This document shows positions 1-10,639 of a stretch of 64,000 nucleotides of DNA, in pieces. A program made the translations under genes and the position numbers. Numbering within the stretch: the first letter of the stretch is position 1; each line of letters opens with the position of its first letter. This stretch comes from an uncultured Nitrososphaerota archaeon (lineage in GTDB: Archaea > Thermoproteota > Nitrososphaeria > Nitrososphaerales > CADDZS01): the NCBI GenBank assembly GCA_963799845.1, contig CAWCYI010000006.1, forward strand, positions 192,001 through 256,000, in the 5' to 3' direction. The notes under the pieces are model-generated. The model was not told where the DNA came from. It ran no database searches and saw only the letters and a program-made list of their open reading frames with translations.

Positions 1-1
1 C

Positions 2-1411
2 TCAATCCAGCGATTCTGCTAGAATGGTATGTAATAGTCTCTCGGATTCGGCTAGATCGGCGTCTTTCAGGAGAGCCATCTTGCTCGCCTCAATCGATCC
101 TTCTGCGTGCAGCATGAGGGTCAGCATGTATCCGGTGTGGCTGCTCGCGCCGAGTTCCTTCGCTATTCTGATTGAATAGATCCTATCTCTGCCAGAACCG
201 GTGCCAGCCAAGTACTTCGAGATGTATTTTTCTTCAAGAGGCTCTTTCTGGTCTTCGAGCGAGGGAAGCGTCGAGATAATCCCTCCCGAGATATCGACGA
301 GGCCGTCAAGAATGTTCGAAAAATTCTTGTTGGAGTAGAGCTTCCCGATGTTGGTGTAGAGCGGGTTCGGAATCGCGATCCCATCCTTCATGAGCGGAAG
401 ATTCGCGGCGGTGATCGCGCTCATCCTCATCAACTCCTTGTACATGACCATCTCAGAGAGACGGTCTTTCACGTGAGGGGACTCAAGGATTCCATTCTGC
501 CTAGCCATGGAAAGTGCGGAACCCAGGTATAGATTCGATGTTGCGGACCTGTATGACACCGCAGTAAATCTGTGGAATGTCGCAAAAGTAACCGCCAGAG
601 GTCCCGCCATTTCGTACTCCCTGCACTGGAAGACCCTCTCCCACGGAACAAATACGTGATCGAAAATAGTGAGCGTCTCGAGTTCGTAGTCCTGTTTGCT
701 GATCATCGCTGAAGTGTTTCCCTCGAGTTCCTCGATGGGTCTAACGATCATCTTCAATCCCTTTGTCGAGGAGGGGACCGCGAACGCCACTGCAAAGTCT
801 GCGTCTTTTTCGACCATCGCCCTTGTGGGGATTACAATTATTTCGTCCGACACGGCGGCCTGCGTCGTGTGAGCCTTTGCACCGTTGACGACGATACCGT
901 CTTTTTCGACTGATGTAACGTGGACATACATATCAGGATCGGTCTGTTCGTGCGGTCTCTTCTTTCGATCCCCCTTCACGTCCGTCTGAGCAACGGCCAG
1001 AGTCAGATCTTTCTTTGCAACGGACTCGTGATATTTTTTCACCCGAAGGAAGTAATCCTTGGGATGCTTGGCGTCGGTTTCACCGGAAATCAAGTGAAGG
1101 GCAAAAATTGCATCGCTTCCGATCGCCTGAGAGATGTTGAAAATCCCGCTGCAAGCCATCGTTGTGTCGTAGATCAATCGATGCCTCGAAACAAGATCGC
1201 TCGACGAGCGAGGTGTTACAAAATAACTACTGATCTCGCCGAGGGTTTCATCATGAACTGCTCTTTTCAATCCAAAAAGCTTGGAAGCATGCAACGCCGC
1301 AATCCTGAGTACCGGATGCCCAGCAATATCATCGACTTTCTTTCCCCTGTAATAGACTTCTCTCCCGTCCGAGAGCGAAGACAGGTACTGTCCCTTCGTT
1401 CGCATGCGCAT
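2..1411 (-). CDS. 4-hydroxyphenylacetate 3-hydroxylase / 4-hydroxybutyryl-CoA dehydratase family flavoprotein
   Basis: YL.SL.DGR.VY N-terminus, AQTDVKGDR, GIVVNGAKAHTT, IFDHVFVPWERVF motifs. Confidence 0.85.
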   Translation of the reverse strand: MRMRTKGQYLSSLSDGREVYYRGKKVDDIAGHPVLRIAALHASKLFGLKRAVHDETLGEISSYFVTPRSSSDLVSRHRLIYDTTMACSGIFNISQAIGSDAIFALHLISGETDAKHPKDYFLRVKKYHESVAKKDLTLAVAQTDVKGDRKKRPHEQTDPDMYVHVTSVEKDGIVVNGAKAHTTQAAVSDEIIVIPTRAMVEKDADFAVAFAVPSSTKGLKMIVRPIEELEGNTSAMISKQDYELETLTIFDHVFVPWERVFQCREYEMAGPLAVTFATFHRFTAVSYRSATSNLYLGSALSMARQNGILESPHVKDRLSEMVMYKELMRMSAITAANLPLMKDGIAIPNPLYTNIGKLYSNKNFSNILDGLVDISGGIISTLPSLEDQKEPLEEKYISKYLAGTGSGRDRIYSIRIAKELGASSHTGYMLTLMLHAEGSIEASKMALLKDADLAESERLLHTILAESLD

Positions 1412-1555
1412 CGCTAGTTACCGAGCTTATTTAGTAAATTGGCAAGCTTGTCTGTGGTTCCTCGAAGGAGTTTTTCGCTTGATTCAAAGAAGATTTTTTA
1501 TTTCTTGGCGATCAGAGGGTTTCAGCCGAATTCTGATTCGTTCTGACGTGATTAT

Positions 1556-3205
1556 TTGAATCCCTCCGAAACTGCATTAACTCCAATTGATTTTCTGGAC
1601 AGAGGCAATAGAATATTCCCTAGCAGAACCGCGATTGAAGACCTCGATAACGAGAACACCTTCGACTATTCACAGTTTATTCAAAGGATTGGCTCGCTCG
1701 CTAAAGCGATCAAGGGATTGGGAACAAAGAAAGGGGACAAAATCGCTTTCCTGTCGTTGAATTCAACTGCTCTGCTCGAAGCTCACTTCGCCGTCCCACT
1801 AGCTCAGCGCGTTCTCGTAGCGATGAACTATCGGTTGACCGCGAAAGAAATTTCTTACATCATAAGGCACTCAAGATCCAAGATCTTGTTTTTCGATTCG
1901 AGATTATCGAAACTAGTCTCAGAAATAGAGGGAAAATTGAGACGGGATTCCACTTTCAAACTGATACTGATAGGAGATAGACCAGATAAAATCGGAACCG
2001 ACGGTTCCTACGAAGATTTTGTCAAAGATGTAAAGAAAAATAATCTTCTAAAAGAATTCAAATTGACGACGGAACGGTCTCCCATTTCCATAGATTATAC
2101 CTCAGGCACTACCGGAGTACCCAAAGGCGTTCTCTACTCACATCGCGGAGCTTATCTGAACGCGATTGCGGACATTACTCACAGCGGTTTGAACGACGAT
2201 TCCTCGTACCTCTGGACGTTGCCGATGTTTCACTGCAACGGGTGGTGCTACACTTGGGCTACGATCGGGGCGGGGGCAACAAATGTGATAATCTCGAAGA
2301 TCGAACCAGAAAGGATCTGGCGGATAATCCAGGATTATTCCATAACGCATTTGTGCGCGGCCCCGACGGTTCTCGTAAGCCTTGCATCAGTTTCAGAAGC
2401 GATCAAGAAAAACATCAAACTGGATAGAAGGTTGATCATCCTCACCGGCGGCGCCCCTCCAGCTCCCAAAGTTATTGAGAATATTGAAAATCTGGGTGCG
2501 GAAGTAATCCATCTTTATGGATTGACGGAAACATACGGACCAAACACCCTTTGTCTTTGGAGATCAGATTGGAATCGTCTTTCACCCGAGGAGAGGAGCT
2601 CAATAAAGGCCCGCCAGGGTGTCCCGCACGTAAATGCACATAGTACCCTCGTAGTTGACGAGGAAATGAACGAAGTCCCACCCGACGGCAAAACGATCGG
2701 AGAAGTTGTGATGAGGGGAAATACGGTTATGCTGGGGTATTATCGGGACGTCAAAGCCACCCGAGAGGCATTTAGGGGTGGCATGTTTCACAGCGGCGAC
2801 CTTGCGGTTGTGCACGCGGATGGTTACATCGAGCTTGTCGACCGGAAAAAAGACCTGATAATTTCCGGAGGTGAAAAGATCTCCAGTATCGAGGTCGAAG
2901 CCATCTTGTACAAGCACCCTTCGGTTCTAGAGGCTGCGGTGATCGCAGTTCCTGATCAAAAATGGGGGGAAGTTCCAAAGGCCTTTGTTTCTTTGAAGGA
3001 AGGCAGCACTGCAAGTGAAGCCGAGCTGACAGAATTTTGCAGAAGAAATCTCGCACATTTCAAATGTCCCAAATCTTTCGAGTTCGGCGCTCTTCCTAGA
3101 ACTTCGACCGGCAAGGTCATGAAATATGCTCTGCGCGAAAAAGAGTGGGCGGCCAGGACAAACGAATTCATTAAGGCAGATCTCAATAAGGGTCGAGTGA
3201 TTTGA
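1556..3205 (+). CDS. AMP-dependent acyl-CoA synthetase (fatty acid-CoA ligase family)
   Basis: YTSGTTGVPKG, YGLTETYG, FHSGDL, DRKKDLIISGGEKI, PRTSTGK. Confidence 0.9.
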   Translation: MNPSETALTPIDFLDRGNRIFPSRTAIEDLDNENTFDYSQFIQRIGSLAKAIKGLGTKKGDKIAFLSLNSTALLEAHFAVPLAQRVLVAMNYRLTAKEISYIIRHSRSKILFFDSRLSKLVSEIEGKLRRDSTFKLILIGDRPDKIGTDGSYEDFVKDVKKNNLLKEFKLTTERSPISIDYTSGTTGVPKGVLYSHRGAYLNAIADITHSGLNDDSSYLWTLPMFHCNGWCYTWATIGAGATNVIISKIEPERIWRIIQDYSITHLCAAPTVLVSLASVSEAIKKNIKLDRRLIILTGGAPPAPKVIENIENLGAEVIHLYGLTETYGPNTLCLWRSDWNRLSPEERSSIKARQGVPHVNAHSTLVVDEEMNEVPPDGKTIGEVVMRGNTVMLGYYRDVKATREAFRGGMFHSGDLAVVHADGYIELVDRKKDLIISGGEKISSIEVEAILYKHPSVLEAAVIAVPDQKWGEVPKAFVSLKEGSTASEAELTEFCRRNLAHFKCPKSFEFGALPRTSTGKVMKYALREKEWAARTNEFIKADLNKGRVI

Positions 3206-4845
3206 TTAGCATCAGCAAAATTGCGGAGGCTCTGGGAGTAGATCCGGGACAGATCAACCCGTACGGAAAATGGAAGGCAAAGATAGGCCTCGATGCCGTT
3301 TACAACGATGAGGGAAAACGCGGCAAGTTGGTTCTAGTGACGGCTATCAATCCCACACCATCCGGTGAGGGAAAGACCGTAACGGCGATCGGCATTTCGA
3401 TGGCTCTAAACCTGTTAGGGCGAAGGTCGGTGGTTTGCATCAGACAACCTTCCCTGGGTCCGGTATTCGGTGTAAAGGGCGGAGCCGCGGGCGGTGGCAA
3501 ATCGACCGTCGAACCAATGCAGGAAATTAATCTCAGGCTGACTGGGGATATAGATGCCGTCGGGGCGGCTCACAATCTTCTAGCGGCGATGACCGACAAT
3601 CACATCTTCCAGGGAAATGAACTGAGGTTTGATATCCATTCGATAAACTTGCAAAGAGTTGTAGACATGAACGACAGGGCCCTGAGAAAGATAGTTGTCG
3701 GCCTCGGAGGGAAGGGCGACGGAATTCCCCGCGAAGCTGGATTCGTCATCACTGCAGCATCCGAGGTCATGGCGATATTATGTCTGTCCCGAGGATATTC
3801 TGACCTGAAGCGAAGATTGGGCCGGATCACAGTAGGGTACAGCGAAGAAAATCTTCCGATTACCGCGGATGACCTAAAGTCAACGGGAGCTATGGCCGCC
3901 ATTTTGAAGGAAGCGATGCAACCCAACCTGGTTCAGACCGCCGAGGGAACTCCTGCCCTCATCCACGGTGGCCCGTTCGGAAACATCGCTCTCGGCACTT
4001 GCAGTCTCTCTTCGATAATCTTTGGACTGAATCATTCTGAATTTACCGTCGTCGAGGCAGGTTTCGGGAGTGATTTGGGCGGCGAGAAGTTCTTCGATAT
4101 CGTTTCGAGGGTCGGAGGCTTCAACGTTGATTGCGCAGTGATCGTTGCCTCTGTGAAAGCCCTAGAACATCACGGCGGGTATAAACCGGAAAAAGGGGAA
4201 GGTGAGTCTGCCGAAAATTTGCGAATGGGTGCCTTCCAAAGAGGACTGGAAAATCTGACGAAACACATCGAGAATGTTCAAATGTTCGGCGTTCAGCCTA
4301 TAGTCTGCATCAATAGATTCCCATCCGACACCGAAGACGAGATCCGACTCGTTGAAACATTTTGTAAAAGCCTGGGGGTCGAGTGCTCGTTATCTACAAC
4401 TTTTCAAAACGGCGGTGAAGGTTGCACAGACCTTGCAGGGAAAGTAATCGAGGCAAGCGAAAGAGGATTCAAAGGCGTCCCGATATACTCGTTTGAAGAG
4501 AGCATCGAGTCAAAGATAGGAAAAATCGTTACCAAAGTCTACGGCGGTGATGCGGTTGAATTTGAACCAGATGCCAGGAAGTCAATTGGACTAATTCAAA
4601 AACTTGGTTTCGCAGATCTTCCGATCTGCGTAGCGAAGACTCCCCTGTCGCTCTCTGACGATCCGAAAAAAATTGGACGCCCCAAGGGCTTTACCTGCAC
4701 AGTGAAGAAACTGGAAATCGCGGCCGGCGCAGGTTATCTTATCGCCCACATGGGAGACATTGTTTCAATGCCTGGCCTTCCCGTACGGCCCGCCGCTGAA
4801 AATATTCAACTTGATGACTGTGGAAATATTTCAGGTCTTTTCTGA
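3202..4845 (+). CDS. fhs: Formate--tetrahydrofolate ligase
   Basis: TAINPTPSGEGKT, GVKGGAAGGG, HGGPFGNIA, EAGFGSDLGGEKF, MPGLP. Confidence 0.95.
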   Translation: MISISKIAEALGVDPGQINPYGKWKAKIGLDAVYNDEGKRGKLVLVTAINPTPSGEGKTVTAIGISMALNLLGRRSVVCIRQPSLGPVFGVKGGAAGGGKSTVEPMQEINLRLTGDIDAVGAAHNLLAAMTDNHIFQGNELRFDIHSINLQRVVDMNDRALRKIVVGLGGKGDGIPREAGFVITAASEVMAILCLSRGYSDLKRRLGRITVGYSEENLPITADDLKSTGAMAAILKEAMQPNLVQTAEGTPALIHGGPFGNIALGTCSLSSIIFGLNHSEFTVVEAGFGSDLGGEKFFDIVSRVGGFNVDCAVIVASVKALEHHGGYKPEKGEGESAENLRMGAFQRGLENLTKHIENVQMFGVQPIVCINRFPSDTEDEIRLVETFCKSLGVECSLSTTFQNGGEGCTDLAGKVIEASERGFKGVPIYSFEESIESKIGKIVTKVYGGDAVEFEPDARKSIGLIQKLGFADLPICVAKTPLSLSDDPKKIGRPKGFTCTVKKLEIAAGAGYLIAHMGDIVSMPGLPVRPAAENIQLDDCGNISGLF

Positions 4846-4950
4846 AACTGAGTCATTTTCTTAGAACCGATGCTGTATATCATTTACAAAGCTTGACAAT
4901 GGTTCTTTCTAAGGATGGGTATAACACAAATCCTTGGAACTGGAATAATC

Positions 4951-5304
4951 ATGCCTGCAAAGAACGTATGATCTTACATCCAAGAAATTTCTGATCCAAA
5001 TTTGCGTCGTCTGGCGAAGAAAGTTCGCTCTATCATCAGAAAATCGATCCCCGATGCGGTTGAATCCCTGAAAATGGGCTCCCCCTGCTATTCAGTGAAT
5101 GGACAGATGGTCGCTTTAATCGGAGATTACAAGAAACACATCAATCTCTACTTTTTCCAAGGAGCCAGACTTTCATCTGAGCGGCTCGAGGGCACGGGAA
5201 AGGGGATGCGCCACATCAAGGTTGCGGTGGAATCGGACATCAATCCTGAGGAATTTTCCCGGCTGTTAAAGGAAGCTGCAAAAAATGCTGAGAAAGTGAA
5301 ATGA
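4951..5304 (+). CDS. DUF1801-family protein; in-frame TGA at 4969-4971 (nonsense mutation or read error), or shorter start at 5002
   Basis: ATG 4951 is in frame with the 5002..5304 ORF: MPAKNV*SYIQEISDPNLRRLA...; LEGTGKGMRHIK motif. Confidence 0.7.
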
Positions 5305-5328
5305 GCCGACTGATTTAATTTCAACAGG

Positions 5329-7299
5329 CTAAGTCTTTTCTTCAGAGGCCTTCATTTCGAGTTCGAGTTCGTCGTACGCTCTCTTGGCTTCTTCAACGCT
5401 CGTTTCATCCTCAAGTGTGGTAACGTCCCCGATCGGTTTTTCCGAAGCTACAGCCCCGACTACTCTTCGCATGATCTTTCCGCTTCTCGTCTTTGGAAGT
5501 TTTTCAACAAAATAGATTGCGTCGGGAACTGCGATGGGACCTATAGTTTTTCGGATGTGGTTCATCAGTTCTGTGCGAAGCCGGTGCGATGGCTTGTGAC
5601 CTGGCCTCAATACTACGAAGGCGACTGGAACTTGCATCTTGATTGGATCTGCTCTTCCGATGACAGCAGATTCCGCCACGGCACCGTGCGAAATTAGAGC
5701 GTTTTCCAATTCAATCGTACCTATTCTGTGCCCTGCGACCTTCAGTACCTCGTCTGCCCTGCCGAGCAACCAGAAATAGCCATCCCTGTCCTTCACGGCA
5801 TAGTCTCCGGGATAGTAGCATCCAGGGTACTTCGAAAAATAGACGCTGGAAAATCTCTCGGAATCGTTCCAGAGGGTCATGAACTGACCGGGCCAAGGTC
5901 TCCTGATAACGAGGTAGCCTTTCTCCATCGGCTTGGCCTTCTCGCCGTCTTCCGTGAGAACGTCGGCCTCGACTCCTGGAAGCGGGAATGTTGCGGAGCC
6001 GCGCTTCAAAGGAACGAGAGCCAGTCCGGGTTGCGGACTGATCATGATACCTCCAGTCTCGGTCTGCCACCACGTGTCAACGATGGGAGTTCGCTTTCGA
6101 CCAATGTTCGAATAGTACCAGTTCCATGCTTCAGGATTTATCGGTTCGCCGACGCTGCCCAGCAACCGCAGAGAGGAAAGATCATGTTTCTTTGCCCACT
6201 CCTCTCCCAACTTCATGTGTGATCTGATCGCGGTTGGTGAAGTGTATAGTATCGTTACGCCGTACTTTTCGATGATCTTCCACCATCTGTCCGGAGACGG
6301 AAAATCAGGAGCACCCTCGTACAGAACAGAAGTGATTCCCGTTAAAAGAGGCCCGTAGACGATGTACGTATGGCCCGTGACCCACCCAATGTCGGCAGCG
6401 CACCAGTAAACATCCTCATCTCGTACACCAAAAACTGCATTTTGAGTAAAATATGTCCAGAGCATGTAGCCACCTGTACTGTGAGTAGCCCCCTTTGGTT
6501 TCCCAGTTGTGCCTGAGGTGTAAAGAATGTAACTTGGATGGGTTCCTTCCACCATTTCCGACTCTGCCCTAACTTTCTGAGAGTCGTCCATCTTCTGCAT
6601 CAACTCATGGTACCAAGAGTCTCTTTCCTTTTGCATGTGAACAGGATTTCCGACCCTCTTGACTACAATCACTCTCTCGACTGGTGTAGTCTTGCTCAAA
6701 GCGTCGTCGACTACTGACTTTAGATCGATGGTTTTTCCGCGTCTGAACGCTCCATCAGAGGTTATCACAATCTTGCTACTAGAATCCTCAATCCTATCTG
6801 CTACGGCTTGCGAAGTAAAGCCAGCGAAAATTACAGAATGAATCGCCCCCAGTCGAAGCACCGCCAGCATCGCGACCGGCAGTTCAGGAATCATCGGGAG
6901 ATAGATCGTTACCCTGTCTCCCTTCTTTATTCCTGATTCCTTTAGCACCTCCGCGAACTTACATACCTCTCTGAATAACTGAGCGTAAGATATCGCTCTT
7001 TCCGATCCGTCCTCTGCTTCCCAATAATACGCGATCTTGTTTTTCCGTGAGGAGATTATGTGGCGATCCAGCGCATTGTAACAGATATTGGTCTTCCAGC
7101 CTGGAAACCATTTCCCGAAAGGCGGGGTCTGAGTTTTTTCAAAAATGGGTCCATTTTTCTCACTCCAAAAAAGATCATCCGCAATTTTCCTCCAGTATCC
7201 TTCGACCTCGTCTAGACTTTTTTCGCGAATCTGGCGAAGAATCTCTACTCCTGGATCGACTACCGATTCTGTGGGGAGAATTTCGCCGAGTTCAGACAT
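5329..7299 (-). CDS. acs: Acetyl-CoA synthetase (AMP-forming)
   Basis: YTSGTTGKPKG, ADIGWVTGH, SVGEPINPEAW, DTWWQTETGG, PKTRSGKIMRR. Confidence 0.95.
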   Translation of the reverse strand: MSELGEILPTESVVDPGVEILRQIREKSLDEVEGYWRKIADDLFWSEKNGPIFEKTQTPPFGKWFPGWKTNICYNALDRHIISSRKNKIAYYWEAEDGSERAISYAQLFREVCKFAEVLKESGIKKGDRVTIYLPMIPELPVAMLAVLRLGAIHSVIFAGFTSQAVADRIEDSSSKIVITSDGAFRRGKTIDLKSVVDDALSKTTPVERVIVVKRVGNPVHMQKERDSWYHELMQKMDDSQKVRAESEMVEGTHPSYILYTSGTTGKPKGATHSTGGYMLWTYFTQNAVFGVRDEDVYWCAADIGWVTGHTYIVYGPLLTGITSVLYEGAPDFPSPDRWWKIIEKYGVTILYTSPTAIRSHMKLGEEWAKKHDLSSLRLLGSVGEPINPEAWNWYYSNIGRKRTPIVDTWWQTETGGIMISPQPGLALVPLKRGSATFPLPGVEADVLTEDGEKAKPMEKGYLVIRRPWPGQFMTLWNDSERFSSVYFSKYPGCYYPGDYAVKDRDGYFWLLGRADEVLKVAGHRIGTIELENALISHGAVAESAVIGRADPIKMQVPVAFVVLRPGHKPSHRLRTELMNHIRKTIGPIAVPDAIYFVEKLPKTRSGKIMRRVVGAVASEKPIGDVTTLEDETSVEEAKRAYDELELEMKASEEKT

Positions 7300-7329
7300 T
7301 CTTACGGAGACCTGCCCGAAAAGTTACAT

Positions 7330-8439
7330 TTAGCCTGAAGTAGACTTGGTAGAAACTAGCTTGCCTTTTTCGACGACAGACGTAGATCCAATCTTAAGAG
7401 TTGCATTCTTGACGATTCCAGTAAAGCCGAAACCCGAGATTCCGATCGACCCCGCCACGAAACGATCCTGAGCATATCCATAGGTGATCAGCGGATTCAA
7501 ACCGACCGTAATCATAGAAAGAACCCTCTTCTCCGGGGATAAGTTTCCAATAATCGAATCTAGTTTTTGCTGGGTCGATTTATTTTCCGAAGCCCAGTGT
7601 ACAAGCCTGCCATTTTCGAATTCTAGAGCGCTCTCTCCGACAAGGCCCAACCGAGTTATAGCGCCAGAGATCTTGACACTTCCAGAGGCTGAGGTCGGAT
7701 CGACCTCTTTCCAGATCATGCCGGGAAGAATGTAAGAGATGTTGTTTTTTGCTGCTACATCTGCGGCATCGGCGACGCCATCCTCGATTCCGGTATCGCC
7801 CTTCAATTTGAATGTCAGGGAATCGCCACCCGCTTCCAATTTCGCTTCTGCCCCATCAGTAAGCAATGCCAGAATCGGTCTGCCGGAATTGCGAATCGTC
7901 TCAGAGTCTACAAGTGAGGCTTTTAGCTGTCTGCGGACTATCTCGTCCCGTTTTTTTCCGAGAAGCTTCGCGACATCTTGTCCGACATACCCAAAGGTTA
8001 ATCGAACTCCGCGAACTCCTGCCTTTTCAGCGGCCTCGTACCAGGAAGAGTTGTAAGAAGTAGCTGCAGAACCTTCTTCTTTCGGAACCATTGGAATGTA
8101 GACCCCTAACGGGGGACCGGGAATGAATACGTATGCATCGGTCGATGATAGAAGGTTATACTCGTGTTTTCCCATCTTTCCTAGGGATTCTTTTGGCGTG
8201 GTCTTCAAGGCCGAAACGTATGCCTCCTCATCTTCCAAGAGCAGAATTGGCAAGGCCCCTACCTTACGAGCCTCTTTCACAACTTCCTTGGCAAATCCCA
8301 GTCCGTTATTCCATGTTTCGACGGTCACCGAATCGCCCTGGTTCAAGTGAATTGAATCGGAAACTATCTTCTTGGCCAATTGTGAATAAAGAGCAGCGTT
8401 CGAGGAAGCTTTGGACTTTGCATTTCTTGTAGAACTCAT
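7330..8439 (-). CDS. Divergent M29 (aminopeptidase II/T)-like protein
   Basis: LA.KIV..S.....G.SV N-terminus, LEFENGRLV, VGLNP; canonical metal ligands not recognisable. Confidence 0.55.
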   Translation of the reverse strand: MSSTRNAKSKASSNAALYSQLAKKIVSDSIHLNQGDSVTVETWNNGLGFAKEVVKEARKVGALPILLLEDEEAYVSALKTTPKESLGKMGKHEYNLLSSTDAYVFIPGPPLGVYIPMVPKEEGSAATSYNSSWYEAAEKAGVRGVRLTFGYVGQDVAKLLGKKRDEIVRRQLKASLVDSETIRNSGRPILALLTDGAEAKLEAGGDSLTFKLKGDTGIEDGVADAADVAAKNNISYILPGMIWKEVDPTSASGSVKISGAITRLGLVGESALEFENGRLVHWASENKSTQQKLDSIIGNLSPEKRVLSMITVGLNPLITYGYAQDRFVAGSIGISGFGFTGIVKNATLKIGSTSVVEKGKLVSTKSTSG

Positions 8440-8605
8440 AGGTATACGGAGAATCCGAGCCCATCTTCGATTAAAAAGTTAGATGCCCTCGCAGGAATCG
8501 AAGCTTGGATCTCAAACATATCTTCCACGAATGCATTTTTATGGGTGTAGATAGCCCAGTTCGTAACTCTTCTTTTCTGTATATTTTGATAGGTGCCCGA
8601 ATCAA

Positions 8606-9031
8606 TTGGTACTTTATGCCAAAGACATCGTAGAATCAGAATTCATAACTCTCCCCGGCGAAACTTCGGCTCTCGCCGCGGCCAGGATCATGAAAGAGAA
8701 GAAGCGCGGTTTCGCGCTAGTGTTCGTCAACGGAAAGCCTAAGGGCATTGTTACGGAATGGGATTACCTTTCAAAAATTATCGCAAACGATAGGAGCCCG
8801 TCGAGCGTTCTATTGAATGATATAATGAGCGAAAACTTGGTGACAGTCAAAGCAAATGACGGAATAGATTCTGTCTCCAAACTCATGGCTGAAAAGGGAA
8901 TTAGGCGAGTCGTGGTTATGGAGAACGAAAAAATACTCGGGGTCATAACTTCAAAGACGATTCTCTTGAGGCTCGAAGAGTATGTCAACAGGGTGTCCGC
9001 TCAAATTGCGCGACTGCAGAGTCCCTTTTGA
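8606..9031 (+). CDS. CBS domain pair protein
   Basis: GIVTEWD, M...GIRRVVV, GVITSK. Confidence 0.85.
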   Translation: MVLYAKDIVESEFITLPGETSALAAARIMKEKKRGFALVFVNGKPKGIVTEWDYLSKIIANDRSPSSVLLNDIMSENLVTVKANDGIDSVSKLMAEKGIRRVVVMENEKILGVITSKTILLRLEEYVNRVSAQIARLQSPF

Positions 9032-9039
9032 TATTTCGC

Positions 9040-10586
9040 TTAGAATCCAACGCTAGCGCCGTCTCCTCTCGGGTCTGCTGCCCCAAAAAGCCCGTTGTTC
9101 TTTCTGTAAATCGCTTGGGCATGACCGAAGAGCGATGACAAGCCGTCCATCTGAACAACTTCCAAGCCGTTGGTTGCCAAACCTTTTGTCGGTTCAAATT
9201 CTGTGTAGATCTTCGAGGGTTTTTCGTAAATTGTCATCGGGACAACCCATCTGGGCTTATCTATTGAATGCTGCAGATCTTCTCCAAAGTCGATTACTTG
9301 TGTCATGAGCTGAGCATGGATTTGGGGCTGAACATCCCCTCCCATGGAACCAATCGCAAAGAGAGTTTCACCATCTTTCTCCGCAAGAGATGCGCATAAA
9401 GTGTGAAACGTTCTTTTTCCCGGTGCGATCGAATTGTGGTGAGAACGATCTAGAGAAAAATAACAGCCTCGATTATGGAGAACTATCCCAGTTCCTTCTG
9501 GGATAAGGCCAGATCCGAATCCCATGTAATTGCTCTGTATGACTGACAAGCAATTCCCTTCGGAGTCTGTAACTGCAAAGTAAGTAGTGTCGCCGTCAGT
9601 CCCAGTTGTTTTCGATGAATAACGATGATACGGTTCATTTGAGTATAGAACATCATCAGCAAATTTTTTCGAAATGAAATCCGGCTGTAGCGGATAAAAC
9701 GATGGGTCGGCAATTGACTTTGCTCTTTCGGCATAGGCCTTGAGGCATGTATCTAGCATAATTTTGATGAGCTTGTCAGAACCCAGTTCCATCTCAGCAA
9801 TATCAAATCTCTCTAACATGTTCAGCCAAAGAAGTACGGTCGCGGCCTGACTGTTGGGAGAGGTTTCGTAGATCTTGATGCCACGATAGTTCGTCGAAAG
9901 AGGACGGTCATTCCAATTTGATTCATGATTTCGAAGATCTTCTGAAGTGATTACTCCTCCCCGTCGGGCCACTCCATTGATAATTTTCTTTGATAACTCA
10001 CCATCGTAAAAGTCATCAACGCCCGACTTCGCAATTGACCTGAGTGATGCTGCTAGATCCTTCTGCTTGAAAACAAATCCGGGATCGGGAATTTTACCCT
10101 CTTGCAAGAAAATTCTTTTCCACTCATTGTAGGCGCCCAGAACTTGTGCTGAGTTTCTTATGGATTGTACGTACTTTTCGGTAATTGGGAAACCTCCTTC
10201 CGCGTAATTTATTGCGGGCTCCAATAATTTGCCAATTTCCATCGTGCCTAATTTCGAAAGCTCCCCCATCCTCGAACAATGCCCGGAACCGTGTTGGCGG
10301 ATAGAGGACCGCTCGTGGGGATTTGGGAGAATCCTTTCTTTTCATAGAAGTCTATTGTGGCCCTTTCTGCGGCTCGGCCGCTCGAATTCAACTCCGTAAC
10401 TTTGCCGTTGACCTTTAGGAGAGCAAACAAATCCCCGCCGAGGCCACACAGGTTGTTTTGAACTACAGAAAGCACGGCACTGGTAACAATTGCGGCATCG
10501 ACCACGTTTCCTCCTTTGAGCAGCACGTTTGCTCCCCAAAACGAAGCAAGTTCATGTGAAGAAGAGACCATCCCCTTCCTTGCCAT
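9040..10586 (-). pseudogene. ggt: Gamma-glutamyltransferase, split by a 1-nt deletion at ~10263-10267 (probably a sequencing error)
   Basis: N part GGNVVDAAI, GLGGDLF, VPG; C part GDTTYFAV, NRG, PGKRTFHTL, GGDVQPQ, ADPRGDG; adding one G to the G5 run gives GWGELSKLG. Confidence 0.85.
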
Positions 10587-10639
10587 GACAGTCGAGCGCG
10601 AGCTCAGATCAATTCATCTTGTATTAATGGAGTTCAGAC

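Noticed and set aside
4969-4971. In-frame TGA in the DUF1801 gene as selenocysteine or readthrough
   Set aside because: The position is not a catalytic Cys site and no SECIS is evident. It overlaps a GATC, so a read error or simple nonsense mutation is more likely.
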